Assembly (NCBI GenBank): GCA_964342815.1
Contig: CAYFHS010000012.1
Span: 56,600-120,599 of the forward strand
Length of the DNA: 64,000 nucleotides
Direction of reading: 5' to 3'
Source of the DNA: an uncultured archaeon
GTDB taxonomy: Archaea > Thermoplasmatota > Penumbrarchaeia > JASLWR01
Shown here: piece by piece, positions 39,999-49,630 of the stretch
Layout: each line of letters opens with the position of its first letter
Position numbering within the stretch: the first letter of the stretch is position 1
Translations under genes and position numbers: made by a program
Notes under the pieces: model-generated
What the model saw: only the letters and a program-made list of their open reading frames with translations
Database searches by the model: none
Told to the model about the DNA's origin: nothing

Positions 39999-40175
39999 TT
40001 ATAAAGGTGCATAATAACATCTTTTCGGTGAATGCAGTTTACCCCGCATTCTTAATTCTTTTATTATTTTTGAAACTTCTTTGCTCTCAATTCCTGTTAT
40101 CTTGGCAACGTCCCCGGGTCTCATGGGTTTATCTGCATCTACAAATGCTTTTAGTACCTTTTCCTGGTCACTCAT
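39999..40175 (-). CDS. Small winged-HTH protein (MarR-like)
   Basis: KPMRPGDVAKITG...VSKIIKEL...SPKRCYY. ATG 40175 follows GAGGTG. Confidence 0.75.
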   Translation of the reverse strand: MSDQEKVLKAFVDADKPMRPGDVAKITGIESKEVSKIIKELRMRGKLHSPKRCYYAPL

Positions 40176-40189
40176 AATAATCACCTCTT

Positions 40190-40675
40190 TCATTTCGGGT
40201 CGATCCTTCCCTTAAGCAATAAGAGATTTTCTTTTGATAGTTTATGACGTACAAACGGATAAAAGGTATCATCCTCTTCATCAGCATGTTCAAGAAGATC
40301 TCTCAGTAATATCCGGGATTCTTCCGAAAATTCTCTGATCATTCCATAATCAAGTTCATCCTGAGATATTAATTTTTTTAATTTGTAAAATCCATTCCGC
40401 AGTTCTTTATGTTTGCGCAGGATATTGGACATGATCCTTTGTTCTTCCGCAGTAATATCAACATTTTCTTCGATGAGATCGATAAGTATCTCCTCCTGCT
40501 TGAAGTGAACTAATAAATTTTCCGATAGATATCTCATAACATTATTGAAATTTACCGTGGTTACTTTATTATTTTCGTGGGTCGGCCCAAACATTGAAGA
40601 ATATTCTATACCGAGAGCGATATTTTCTCTTAGATTGTTATGTGCGTTGGAAATAAGACCTATTATATCGATCAT
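40190..40675 (-). CDS. Hemerythrin/HHE cation-binding domain protein
   Basis: HFKQEE, HKEL, HADEEDD...YP. Strong GGAGG RBS. Confidence 0.75.
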   Translation of the reverse strand: MIDIIGLISNAHNNLRENIALGIEYSSMFGPTHENNKVTTVNFNNVMRYLSENLLVHFKQEEILIDLIEENVDITAEEQRIMSNILRKHKELRNGFYKLKKLISQDELDYGMIREFSEESRILLRDLLEHADEEDDTFYPFVRHKLSKENLLLLKGRIDPK

Positions 40676-40711
40676 GTCTCACAACCTCCTGTGGGCGATA
40701 TACTTTTTCCA

Positions 40712-41206
40712 TTATTTATATTTCCAGTCACCCGTCCTTTCCAAACTCTTTAGATTATCCGTTAGAAGGGCGATATGATCCTTTTCGAAATCGGCCAGTC
40801 TCCCGAATAGATTCCTCGTTTCATAGTCATCAATGATCTTTTGGTTTTTCTTATAGAATTCAACTGATCTTTTCTCGATGTCAATGGCGAATTTTATTGC
40901 TTTCACTGCATCGAAATCGGAAAATATTTCCGGGAGTCTCCTGTGATCGAGGAATATCTCACCTTTTGCAATAATGGAAATTGGCTGAGCCCCCGACTCA
41001 TTGAGCACATCTGAATTTTGCAGGGTTCGTTTATATTCCTCTTCAAGCCATTTCATATGCTCCAATTCCATTTCTGCCAGATGAGAAATTATGCTCTGAG
41101 CGCTACGATCATTTACAAAGTCTCTCATAGTGTTGTAGAAACCGTAACCGAAGTTCTCGATCTCTATGGCCTGGCGAATTGTTCCCATTGTAATGTCGAT
41201 TTGCAC
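40712..41206 (-). CDS. Ferritin-like (rubrerythrin-domain) protein
   Basis: AIEIE...FY...ELEH and AIDIE...FY...EKDH duplicated motifs. Confidence 0.85.
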   Translation of the reverse strand: MQIDITMGTIRQAIEIENFGYGFYNTMRDFVNDRSAQSIISHLAEMELEHMKWLEEEYKRTLQNSDVLNESGAQPISIIAKGEIFLDHRRLPEIFSDFDAVKAIKFAIDIEKRSVEFYKKNQKIIDDYETRNLFGRLADFEKDHIALLTDNLKSLERTGDWKYK

Positions 41207-41271
41207 GATATCATTCCTCGTAACAGTTTTGCGTCATCGCTGATTTTTTTATTCTTATCATTTCTCCAGTT

Positions 41272-41763
41272 CTATTTGCCGCGCTGCCCGAGGTCCCGGT
41301 CCAGTACGAAGAGCCCGGGACCGTTATTACCTATGAGCCTAGCCTTGTCCAATATTTCGCGGGAATGGTCCTCTTCCTCAACCTGCTCTTTCACGAACCA
41401 CTGGAGAAAGTTCTGGGTAGAATGATCTTTTTCCCCGGAAGCGAGATCCACAAGTTTGTGTATCAAGCCTGTCACTTTCTGCTCGTGGGCATACACATGC
41501 TCGAAGACCGCTAGAGCCGAATCCCATTGATCCGGAGTGGCTTCAATATTGAACAAGGTCACCCTACCGCCGGAATCTATCACGTAATCGTATATCTTCA
41601 TGGCGTGCTCCATCTCTTCCTCCGCCTGTTTCCTCATCCAGTGTGCCATTCCTGAGAGACCCTTGTCACTCAGGGAGGCGGACATGGAAAGATAGAGATA
41701 TGCAGAGTACATTTCGGCATTAGTCTGCGCATTCAAAGCTTCTTCCACGGATTTATTTAACAT
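41272..41763 (-). CDS. ftnA: Non-heme ferritin
   Basis: EMYSAYLYLSM, QAEEEMEHA, HEQKVT, FLQWFVKEQVEEE. Confidence 0.95.
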   Translation of the reverse strand: MLNKSVEEALNAQTNAEMYSAYLYLSMSASLSDKGLSGMAHWMRKQAEEEMEHAMKIYDYVIDSGGRVTLFNIEATPDQWDSALAVFEHVYAHEQKVTGLIHKLVDLASGEKDHSTQNFLQWFVKEQVEEEDHSREILDKARLIGNNGPGLFVLDRDLGQRGK

Positions 41764-41826
41764 TTCTACAACCCTCCAAAGAATTTTTCGTTTTCAATTT
41801 ACTATTTTCATGGGGCCGTTATCCTT

Positions 41827-42198
41827 TCAAGCGGACCACAGGCCGTGTAATGAGCAATATTCCCTGACCTGAATGATCTCCTCGGTGTTTTTAAAGAAGG
41901 CCTGGGGCGCATCACCCGGTTTTAAAAACTTTCGTTGCACTCCACCGGCGGTGATGACCTCGATCCATTCGATGTAATGGTTGGACTCCATTGGGTGCTG
42001 CACGGCGCCCACGGTAACCTTCACACCTTCATCGGTCTTTTCCACCACGGGGACATGCTTCTCCATGCCCTGATCTTCTGTTTTTGCTTCCTGTAATTGC
42101 ATCGATTGCCCGCAGCACACCAATCGTCCTCCTCCGGCATGCAGCACACTCACGATGTTCCCACAGATATTACATTTGTATACTCCTGTCCTCTTCAT
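41827..42198 (-). CDS. dfx: Desulfoferrodoxin (2Fe superoxide reductase)
   Basis: CNICGN...CCG centre I; EKHVP, HPM, HYI, CSLHG centre II. Confidence 0.95.
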   Translation of the reverse strand: MKRTGVYKCNICGNIVSVLHAGGGRLVCCGQSMQLQEAKTEDQGMEKHVPVVEKTDEGVKVTVGAVQHPMESNHYIEWIEVITAGGVQRKFLKPGDAPQAFFKNTEEIIQVREYCSLHGLWSA

Positions 42199-42219
42199 TG
42201 TTTTTCACCTCTATATTGA

Positions 42220-42510
42220 TCAGATTTCGAGATTTCGTCCAGTACATTCCGGGATGTAACAGGTCACGTCGATAAATTGACATTTTTCCTTGCATCCCGG
42301 ACATATCTCAGGTGGAACGGAGCCGCTGAGAGCATACCCGCAGCTAGAGCATTTCCATTCCATTTTTGGGTTTTGACTTTTATTTAGCAGGATCTTTCCT
42401 TCGGGTACCTTGCCGAATTTGGATTTTAGCGCGCCGCATTCAGGGCATGTTTCCGGAGATTCATTGCCCATGTGCTCGTAACCGCAAACTACACATCGCC
42501 ATTTTATCAT
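42220..42510 (-). CDS. Tandem rubredoxin-like domain protein
   Basis: WRCVVCGY...CPECG and WKCSSCGY...CPGC...C...DVTCYIPEC. Confidence 0.85.
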   Translation of the reverse strand: MIKWRCVVCGYEHMGNESPETCPECGALKSKFGKVPEGKILLNKSQNPKMEWKCSSCGYALSGSVPPEICPGCKEKCQFIDVTCYIPECTGRNLEI

Positions 42511-42519
42511 CTTTTCACC

Positions 42520-42843
42520 TCAATTGGTCCTTTTCATGTAATTTTCGCGGATGTTGATTAGAGAGCCGTGTTCTTGATAAGCTTCAATAAGATCATGAGA
42601 GTAATTATCGGAACAATACCATATAAACGGATTGGTTTTCCGATATCTGCTTTCCGGCGTATTGTGTACTTTTTTTTCAAGCTCTGTGTATCTCGATTTC
42701 CATCCGGCGGGTTCTTTCTCACGACCAAGAAAGACTCCATTCTCATTTTTATACATATTTATTAATCTTTGGTTGAGATATTTTATTTCTTTCTCAGAAA
42801 GGTTTTTTATTATCAACACGCGTAAGACCTCACGATACGTCAT
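42520..42843 (-). CDS. Hypothetical protein
   Basis: ATG directly follows the cupin stop with a GAAGGTGA RBS; it ends 9 nt before the next gene. Confidence 0.6.
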   Translation of the reverse strand: MTYREVLRVLIIKNLSEKEIKYLNQRLINMYKNENGVFLGREKEPAGWKSRYTELEKKVHNTPESRYRKTNPFIWYCSDNYSHDLIEAYQEHGSLINIRENYMKRTN

Positions 42844-43209
42844 CTATTCACCTTCTTTCAAATTGTTATTATTTAACTCGACCCCCATCTTCCCGTTCGG
42901 TATTATCGGACAAAACGAGAGCAAAGTCATTCCATTTTTTGATGCGGATAAGAAGTGAGAGTTTCCTTTTGGAACGAGAATCAACATACCTTTACTTATA
43001 TTCTTACTAGATTCATCAATCGTAATTAGACCATTTCCATCCACTATATAATGTATCTCATCGATATCGGTGTGGATATGGCGGGGTAACGTTCTATCGG
43101 GACCAATGAAATATACTGAGGCTATGACCTGATCGGTAATTATCGGGACTTTTTTGATCACCTTTGCTTGTTCTATTTCTTTCATGTCATCAATATTTAT
43201 CAATTCCAT
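42844..43209 (-). CDS. Cupin-2 domain protein
   Basis: PRHIH...DEIHYIVDGNG...G.LILVPKGNSH. Confidence 0.85.
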   Translation of the reverse strand: MELINIDDMKEIEQAKVIKKVPIITDQVIASVYFIGPDRTLPRHIHTDIDEIHYIVDGNGLITIDESSKNISKGMLILVPKGNSHFLSASKNGMTLLSFCPIIPNGKMGVELNNNNLKEGE

Positions 43210-43288
43210 TGTATACCCTTACGGCTTCCGCTATATATATCGAAATTTCAAATTTCTTTATAAAATAAGTGAATATCTTCTATAATTA

Positions 43289-43340
43289 ATATGCAAATCA
43301 TATGCAAATCACAGATAATACATTCATTATTGTATCATCT
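43289..43340. promoter_or_regulatory. Tandem 11-bp direct repeat plus an imperfect 10-8-10 inverted repeat in the divergent promoter region
   Basis: ATATGCAAATC x2 (43289-43310); AGATAATACA-TTCATTAT-TGTATCATCT (43313-43340, one mismatch). Confidence 0.55.
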
Positions 43341-43409
43341 TATTTAATAGGCAAATAATGGGGTGCAAAAAAGTTTAATAACCAGGATACCATTTGAAGT
43401 ACCGATCAG

Positions 43410-44879
43410 ATGCTTCCGTTAAAGAGAAAGCTGTCCTATCTCATTCTCGGTCAAAAGGGCGGTAAGAATAGGATAAAAATCATCGAGATATTGAAAGACC
43501 GACCATATAACTTGAACCAGCTAGCCGGATTATTAAACGTAAACTATCGTACCGTAAAACACCATATAGACGTATTATTGAAAAACGAACTGATAAGCTC
43601 ATCAAGGACAGGGGGATACGGGGAAGTATATTTTCTGACTCCAGAAATGGAAGGAAATATGGATATCTTCCAGGACGTAATCAAGAAATTGACCGACTTT
43701 ACATCATCAAAAAAGTTTTTCAAAAATATAATGGAACAGACCACCGATGCAGTGATGATAATCAACGAGGAGGGGGATGTGTATTTCTGGAATAACGGCG
43801 CAAAAAAGATTTACGGTTATAGCGAGGAGGAGGTATTGGGTAAAACAATCACAATCTTTCCTGATCTCGGAACCTATGAAAAATTGATTAAGCAAATCGC
43901 TGACGGTGAACAAATTGTGGCTTTGGAAGCAGAGCTTAGGCACAGATCCGGAAAACTCATTGATGTCAGTCTGACCATAGACGGAATTAAGGATGAGAAC
44001 GGGAGCATTATAGGTTATTCTATAATGTCACAAGATATTACAGAACGGAGGCGCGCGGCAGAGAAACTGAAAATCAGCGAGGAGCGTTATGCACTAGCAC
44101 AGCGGACGGCCAATATCGGGAGCTGGGACTGGGATATTACCACCGGAGATCTTCATTGGTCTGATACCATCGAGCCGATGTTCGGTTTTAGCCCCGGAAA
44201 ATTCAGGCGCAGCTACGAAGCATTCCTGGATTGTGTACACCCCGACGACCGCCAGTTCGTGATCAACAGTGTGAATGCTTGTGTGGAAAAGGGCGATGAA
44301 TACGATATCGAGCACCGTATCATTTGGCCCGATGGTACAATAAGAATAGTATCCGAGACCGGGGACGTGTTCCGGGATGAGCAGGAAAATGCCGTCCGAA
44401 TGGTGGGAATCGTGCAGGACATTACCGACCGCAAAAGAGTGGAAGAGGAACTCAGGAAAAATGAGGTCGAAATGACCGCCATACTCAAGAATGTACCGAT
44501 ACCCATGATACTGGTGGACGGGGAAAGACGGATACATGAGGTCAATGACGAAGCCATAAAATTCGCTGGAAACGCTGAAGAAATGATGATCGGTCAACTG
44601 GAAGGCAACGGGCTCGGATGTCTCTATTCACTGGACGACCCAAAGGGCTGCGGGTTCGGACCTAACTGTGGATTTTGTGAGATACGCACAACCGTACTGG
44701 ACACTCTTGATACAGGAACGAACCATTACAGGGTAAAAGCCCGGATCACAAGGGGAACCGAGGAAAACAGAGAAGTACTGGATATTCTGCTTTCAACGAC
44801 ACTACTTCACGTCATGGGGGAGCGAAAAGTATTGGTCTGCATTGAGCCGTTGAATGGCGGTTCCAAGTGTGGGGAGTAA
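43410..44879 (+). CDS. One-component regulator: archaeal ArsR-type wHTH plus three PAS/PAC domains
   Basis: KGGKNRIKII..L..RPYN.NQLA..L..NYRTVKHH; PAS motifs FWNNGA.KIYGY.EEEVLGK, GSWDWD...W-S...MFG, VHPDDR. Confidence 0.88.
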   Translation: MLPLKRKLSYLILGQKGGKNRIKIIEILKDRPYNLNQLAGLLNVNYRTVKHHIDVLLKNELISSSRTGGYGEVYFLTPEMEGNMDIFQDVIKKLTDFTSSKKFFKNIMEQTTDAVMIINEEGDVYFWNNGAKKIYGYSEEEVLGKTITIFPDLGTYEKLIKQIADGEQIVALEAELRHRSGKLIDVSLTIDGIKDENGSIIGYSIMSQDITERRRAAEKLKISEERYALAQRTANIGSWDWDITTGDLHWSDTIEPMFGFSPGKFRRSYEAFLDCVHPDDRQFVINSVNACVEKGDEYDIEHRIIWPDGTIRIVSETGDVFRDEQENAVRMVGIVQDITDRKRVEEELRKNEVEMTAILKNVPIPMILVDGERRIHEVNDEAIKFAGNAEEMMIGQLEGNGLGCLYSLDDPKGCGFGPNCGFCEIRTTVLDTLDTGTNHYRVKARITRGTEENREVLDILLSTTLLHVMGERKVLVCIEPLNGGSKCGE

Positions 44880-44900
44880 GAATTTTTCTGCGATGAAAAA

Positions 44901-45662
44901 TCAATTTCTTCTTATCAATCTCTCAATATTATCCACTACACTTTTCAACTCACCGATATTCTTCACGATATATTCTCTCGAGGCATCGTAGATATTCCCT
45001 ACCTCGAATGGACATTTCGTTTTCCTTATAAAGAGGGCATCCACCACTCCGCCCTTGTGGATTATTAAATGCCTCAGTTCTATAAAGTTTTTAAGATTCT
45101 TCTTCTGTTTTTCACAGACAAATATCGTGAATCGGTCGCTCCGTTCATCGAGAACCCTCTTGAATGCCTGATCCACCTTGCTCATTTTAAAAAAGGAAAA
45201 GCGGTGTATGGATAATATTTCACCAATGGTGTATTTGTTGATATTGAGTTTTTTTATTACTTCGAAATCAATTTCTTTTTGGTATTTTCGATTTATTTTT
45301 TTTGCGATCTTTCCATCGTTAAGCATCAATTCAATCAGCCGATTCTTTAGATAAGCCTCGAATGACGTCACAGCCGATACCACTGCATCGTGATATAACG
45401 GGTGTTCAAAGGAGATTTCCGAAGTTTTAAATGCTTCGCTCAGAGCTGATATTGAATTGTAAAATGACAATATCGTGGTCTTTTCTTCATCAAAGGATTT
45501 TGTGTTGATATAATCCTGGAGAGTTTTTTTGTCTTGGATCATGATGTCGATCAAATTCTGAACCTCGAGTAGAGCCTTTGCCCGTGAGATGTTGCTTAGG
45601 AAGATATCGTAGATTTCGGTACGGTGTTTCAAGTGAATAACTCCTTTCACATCATCTTTCAC
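44901..45662 (-). CDS. Putative HEPN-domain protein
   Basis: AVVSAVTSFEAYL helix and an Rx4H motif RHLIIH-KGGVVD; locally very AT-rich. Start codon uncertain. Confidence 0.6.
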   Translation of the reverse strand: MKDDVKGVIHLKHRTEIYDIFLSNISRAKALLEVQNLIDIMIQDKKTLQDYINTKSFDEEKTTILSFYNSISALSEAFKTSEISFEHPLYHDAVVSAVTSFEAYLKNRLIELMLNDGKIAKKINRKYQKEIDFEVIKKLNINKYTIGEILSIHRFSFFKMSKVDQAFKRVLDERSDRFTIFVCEKQKKNLKNFIELRHLIIHKGGVVDALFIRKTKCPFEVGNIYDASREYIVKNIGELKSVVDNIERLIRRN

Positions 45663-45677
45663 TGTAATGAAATGTTA

Positions 45678-48600
45678 TTATTTTAGATTTCCTGATTCAG
45701 CGGAATCGGTCCCTTTTCTAATGCTCTTCATATTGGTATACATCTCGAGATGGGCATTAATATCGTCAATAGGTACTTCCTCAAAAGGGAGCGCCAAATC
45801 CTCCGGTAAATTATCACTTTTTTCTTTACGTCTTCTTCTGGATATAAAAAAAAACACCAGACTGCCAATAACAACAATGGCAACGAGACCGAGTAACAGG
45901 TAAATGAAAACTGAAGCGGATGTTTCTTTATTGGTATCCACATCTTTATCACCATTGTCGATGGGTACCAAAGGCTCGCTAGATGTGATAATCACAGGAA
46001 TGTTGATCGTTTCATACCCGCCGGGATAACTCAACTCGATGACCAATTCAAAATCCCCAGGATTGAGCGTGGATGTATCATTGATAGTTACGAGTACTTT
46101 TATAAGCTCTGAGACGGGAATGCTAACATTTCTCGGTACGTCGATTACGCTTGACATATCCCCTGATGAAATCAGCTTGACCGTTGTGAGTACATTCCCG
46201 TTGTTTGTGAGAGTTATGTTGAATTCTGCTCCTTCGCCGTGTGCGATCTCAAGTCTCTCCACATCTACTAGCATGGTGATATTGTAAACCCGCTCAGGAG
46301 GAACATCTACGGTAAATTGCCATACTCCCGTATAGCAGATGCCATTAACAAAGCCGTCATTGGGAATCACTGACCAGTAATATGTTTCATTCAACAAAAA
46401 AGTAGCATTATATATTGTAGATTCTTGGGATTTTGATACCAGAGCAGATGGTTCCCTCCAGGCTACGGACGTGAACATCGTTCCCAAATAGACATCATAA
46501 TGGATGGGAAAATCGCCATTGGCATCTCTCCCTTCCCATAAAAGGCTAACCGAGGATCTATTCACTAATTTGTGATTTGTTGGGGACAGTAATAACACCG
46601 TTGGCTGAACATTTATTGTAACATTGAACGAGGCTACGTGAGAAACGGCTGTAGTAAATCCGTCAAAGGCTTCGACCCTCCAGTAATAGGTCCCGTTATC
46701 GCTAAGACCGGTCAAGATCGTTGAGCGGTCTTCGGAATAAGCTTCTATCAAGGTAGCGGGGTCCGGGTTGTTCAGCTCGCCATAAACTGTATAATATATC
46801 ACGTCCCCGGCATCCGGATCAACCGAAGATGACCAGTTAGCCGTGATCTCACTATTTTCAAAAAGGGTGATCATATCTAGCGATGGATTCAGCCCGGTAG
46901 GTTTTGTAGGAGCGGTGTTATTGATCCGCACATGGGAAGATTCAATTTCCATGCCGAAACTTTCCCCATCGCTCGGCCTTAATGAAAACCACCACTCTTC
47001 CCCTTTGTAAGTAGCATTTGACGGTATCACCGACCGATTATTGTGGCTCGATTGGAGCTCACCATCCCTATACCACCTGATCACGGAGCCATTCTCCGTA
47101 TCATCATCCAGATCGGCAAAGGTGTAGACGACAGTCAGGTTATCTTCTGTTTTTGGTGTTGATGGTACAATGTATAAATTATCTATTGTTGGTATGGAAT
47201 TCGTTATGAAAACCGAACGCGACGTTTGGATTTTACCAAATTCGATCCCGTCTCTCGGTCTAACGGTGAAAAACCATTTTTCATGCTTTCTGGTGGAATT
47301 CCTTGGAATGACCAGTTCGTCGTTATATTCAGGTTGCTGTGTTTCATTCTTGTACCATCGTATCTCGGTGCCCGACTCCGTTTCAGAATCGGTATATGTA
47401 TAATTTGCATGCAGGTCATCTATGGTGATGGGATATGTGGGCGATAGTTTCAGGTTTTCAGCAAAGGGAACGTCATTAGCGTCGTAGGTGATGATGAGGG
47501 AATCCAGAACAGGAGTATAGTAAGTACTATTCTCCGTTTCAAGCAGAACGCGGTACTGAAACCAGCGCTGATTGTCATGCAGGGCAGGAATATCAGAAAT
47601 GCTCGCAGTGTAGAAATCCGTCTCGGTCCCGGCGGGTCCCTTGAACGTCTCCGCTGAGAGTCCCGCCTCGGTAGTTGCAGTACGGAACTGGAATTTGACC
47701 GTGGTGTTCGTAACCATCTGTCGTGTGAACCTGAGCTGCCCGTATTCAACCTGTGAGGAAGGTATCTCGTAGGGTCGTGAGACCAGAGAGCCATTGGATT
47801 CATAGGTCGCGGCATATAAACGGGCGGGGCTCGATCCGGCCCGGTCCCCCCCCGTACCTACGTAGAGCCTGCCTAACCAGCTGTAAACGCTCAACGCTTC
47901 GTCCTCGTCGAATGCGAAAACCTCCTGCCAGTCGTTCCCATTCCTGGTAGACCAGAGCTTGGCGTTATTGATTCCATCGGTGTAGATAGGTGCGACTGGG
48001 AAAAGTTTGCGAAAGGCATTGTCGTCCCCGATGAGGTCGTCCCTATACACCTGGCCGGTCACAGCGAAAAATTCTCCATCCTGCTCTGCAAACTCGTAGG
48101 TGACATGGTCCATATGTTTGACTTCTGTGACAGTATCGGTAACGTCGTTATAGCGGAATATGGACTCCATTGCGCCCAGATATAACTGGTCCTGATAGAT
48201 ACCGAAACCGGCAATGGCATCCCACTCCTGACGAGGGTTTCCTATGTTCTTCTCCTGCCAGGAGTTACCGTCGTACTTCACTATTTTGTTCTTATAGACC
48301 ACGGCTGCGTCCGGATATCGATAAAGGGAGTTTCCCAGATACAGGTTCCCGTTATATGCCTTTAATTTGTCGATACCCCATTGTGAATAGGAATATGATT
48401 GACTCCAGTTCTCGCCCCCGTCGTAGGATACCCACACTCCGGATTGAGAGTTGATCTGGCAATTTGAAATGTACAATCGATTTTGGTATTTCTCCATGTC
48501 CATATTGTGGTCAGCGCTGAACTGGGTTACGTAATGCCAGTTCCAGGTTTTTGTCGTACCGTCGTAGATATGGACACGACCCCGCTTGTCTCCCAGTGCA

Positions 48601-49553
48601 GTGTCGTGGCCGGGTACGTAGAGTTTGTCGTCGAAGGTGCGGATCTTCCACATGCCGTCCTCGTTCAATTCCTTGACCATCACCGGGAGCCCGGTGCCGT
48701 TATAGGCGTAGACGTAACCCCTGTTACCGGATTCCATGGCGCTTTTGCAGACCGAGATGTATAGTTGATCCCGGTACTCCGTCATACCCCACAGTTGGTA
48801 GAACGGGCGGTGTGCCCCATCGGTGTCGAAATCGTAGAGCATGACCATCTTTGATGGGTCGGAGGCCAAGCGCAGTTCAGGTCCAAGGCTTTCCACAAGA
48901 CCGGACTTTGATTCGTACCCTCCTTCAGACCAATGGGTCTGGACGAATGAGCCATGTGGAGAGTTTGTCCGCACCGTCCATGTGTCCGTGCTCACGTCAC
49001 CATCCCCGTCCCCATCGCCTGAAATGCACGGAAGTGGGTCGGGATTGGCGGAATCATCGAGTGTCGAAGTGAAGTTCAGCCCCCAGTCCACGCCCTCCGG
49101 CGTATCGGCGGCAAAGCTCACCTGGAGTACCGTGCCATTAGTTGTTATTTTTACGGCCAGAACCGCCTCTATCAAATTGCTTTCTGTGTTGTCGGTATAA
49201 GCCACCAACATATCATCAACCCTGATATTGCTAACGGTGACATTGGAATAGACACCCGGAATTTCTATTCGAACAGTATCGAAACCCGTGTCTCCCGGGT
49301 CAATGACCGGTCGTATAAAATAGATAAAGGACATGTTCTTCATATTCGTCCCCACAATGGCAGGACTGATCTCCGCATAAGCGGTCAGTCCCACGCCTCT
49401 TCCCCCTCGGCCCACCACGTTACCAACAGAGACGGCGAACTCAAGATCATTTTCCAAGGGGATGGATTCTTTCATTTCCATATTCAAGAATAATCCTGAA
49501 ACGGAACTTAGCAGAAGAATGGAAATAACCGCGATGATCTTCTTTTTTATCAT
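45678..49553 (-). CDS. Large membrane-anchored exoprotein: Ig-like, beta-propeller-like, tandem Ig repeats, Fn3-like, C-terminal TM
   Basis: Signal peptide; blade motifs (YRDQLY, FDDKLY, YQNRLY, YNGNLY, YQDQLY, WLGRLY); two WY(K/R)...W.F..RP.DG repeats; TM followed by RRRRK. Confidence 0.85.
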   Translation of the reverse strand: MIKKKIIAVISILLLSSVSGLFLNMEMKESIPLENDLEFAVSVGNVVGRGGRGVGLTAYAEISPAIVGTNMKNMSFIYFIRPVIDPGDTGFDTVRIEIPGVYSNVTVSNIRVDDMLVAYTDNTESNLIEAVLAVKITTNGTVLQVSFAADTPEGVDWGLNFTSTLDDSANPDPLPCISGDGDGDGDVSTDTWTVRTNSPHGSFVQTHWSEGGYESKSGLVESLGPELRLASDPSKMVMLYDFDTDGAHRPFYQLWGMTEYRDQLYISVCKSAMESGNRGYVYAYNGTGLPVMVKELNEDGMWKIRTFDDKLYVPGHDTALGDKRGRVHIYDGTTKTWNWHYVTQFSADHNMDMEKYQNRLYISNCQINSQSGVWVSYDGGENWSQSYSYSQWGIDKLKAYNGNLYLGNSLYRYPDAAVVYKNKIVKYDGNSWQEKNIGNPRQEWDAIAGFGIYQDQLYLGAMESIFRYNDVTDTVTEVKHMDHVTYEFAEQDGEFFAVTGQVYRDDLIGDDNAFRKLFPVAPIYTDGINNAKLWSTRNGNDWQEVFAFDEDEALSVYSWLGRLYVGTGGDRAGSSPARLYAATYESNGSLVSRPYEIPSSQVEYGQLRFTRQMVTNTTVKFQFRTATTEAGLSAETFKGPAGTETDFYTASISDIPALHDNQRWFQYRVLLETENSTYYTPVLDSLIITYDANDVPFAENLKLSPTYPITIDDLHANYTYTDSETESGTEIRWYKNETQQPEYNDELVIPRNSTRKHEKWFFTVRPRDGIEFGKIQTSRSVFITNSIPTIDNLYIVPSTPKTEDNLTVVYTFADLDDDTENGSVIRWYRDGELQSSHNNRSVIPSNATYKGEEWWFSLRPSDGESFGMEIESSHVRINNTAPTKPTGLNPSLDMITLFENSEITANWSSSVDPDAGDVIYYTVYGELNNPDPATLIEAYSEDRSTILTGLSDNGTYYWRVEAFDGFTTAVSHVASFNVTINVQPTVLLLSPTNHKLVNRSSVSLLWEGRDANGDFPIHYDVYLGTMFTSVAWREPSALVSKSQESTIYNATFLLNETYYWSVIPNDGFVNGICYTGVWQFTVDVPPERVYNITMLVDVERLEIAHGEGAEFNITLTNNGNVLTTVKLISSGDMSSVIDVPRNVSIPVSELIKVLVTINDTSTLNPGDFELVIELSYPGGYETINIPVIITSSEPLVPIDNGDKDVDTNKETSASVFIYLLLGLVAIVVIGSLVFFFISRRRRKEKSDNLPEDLALPFEEVPIDDINAHLEMYTNMKSIRKGTDSAESGNLK

Positions 49554-49630
49554 ATAGAATCACCTCTTCAAGACCACAGATTACTCAATATTTTCACCCA
49601 TTTCTACATTAACTCTATGTCCCTGACAAC

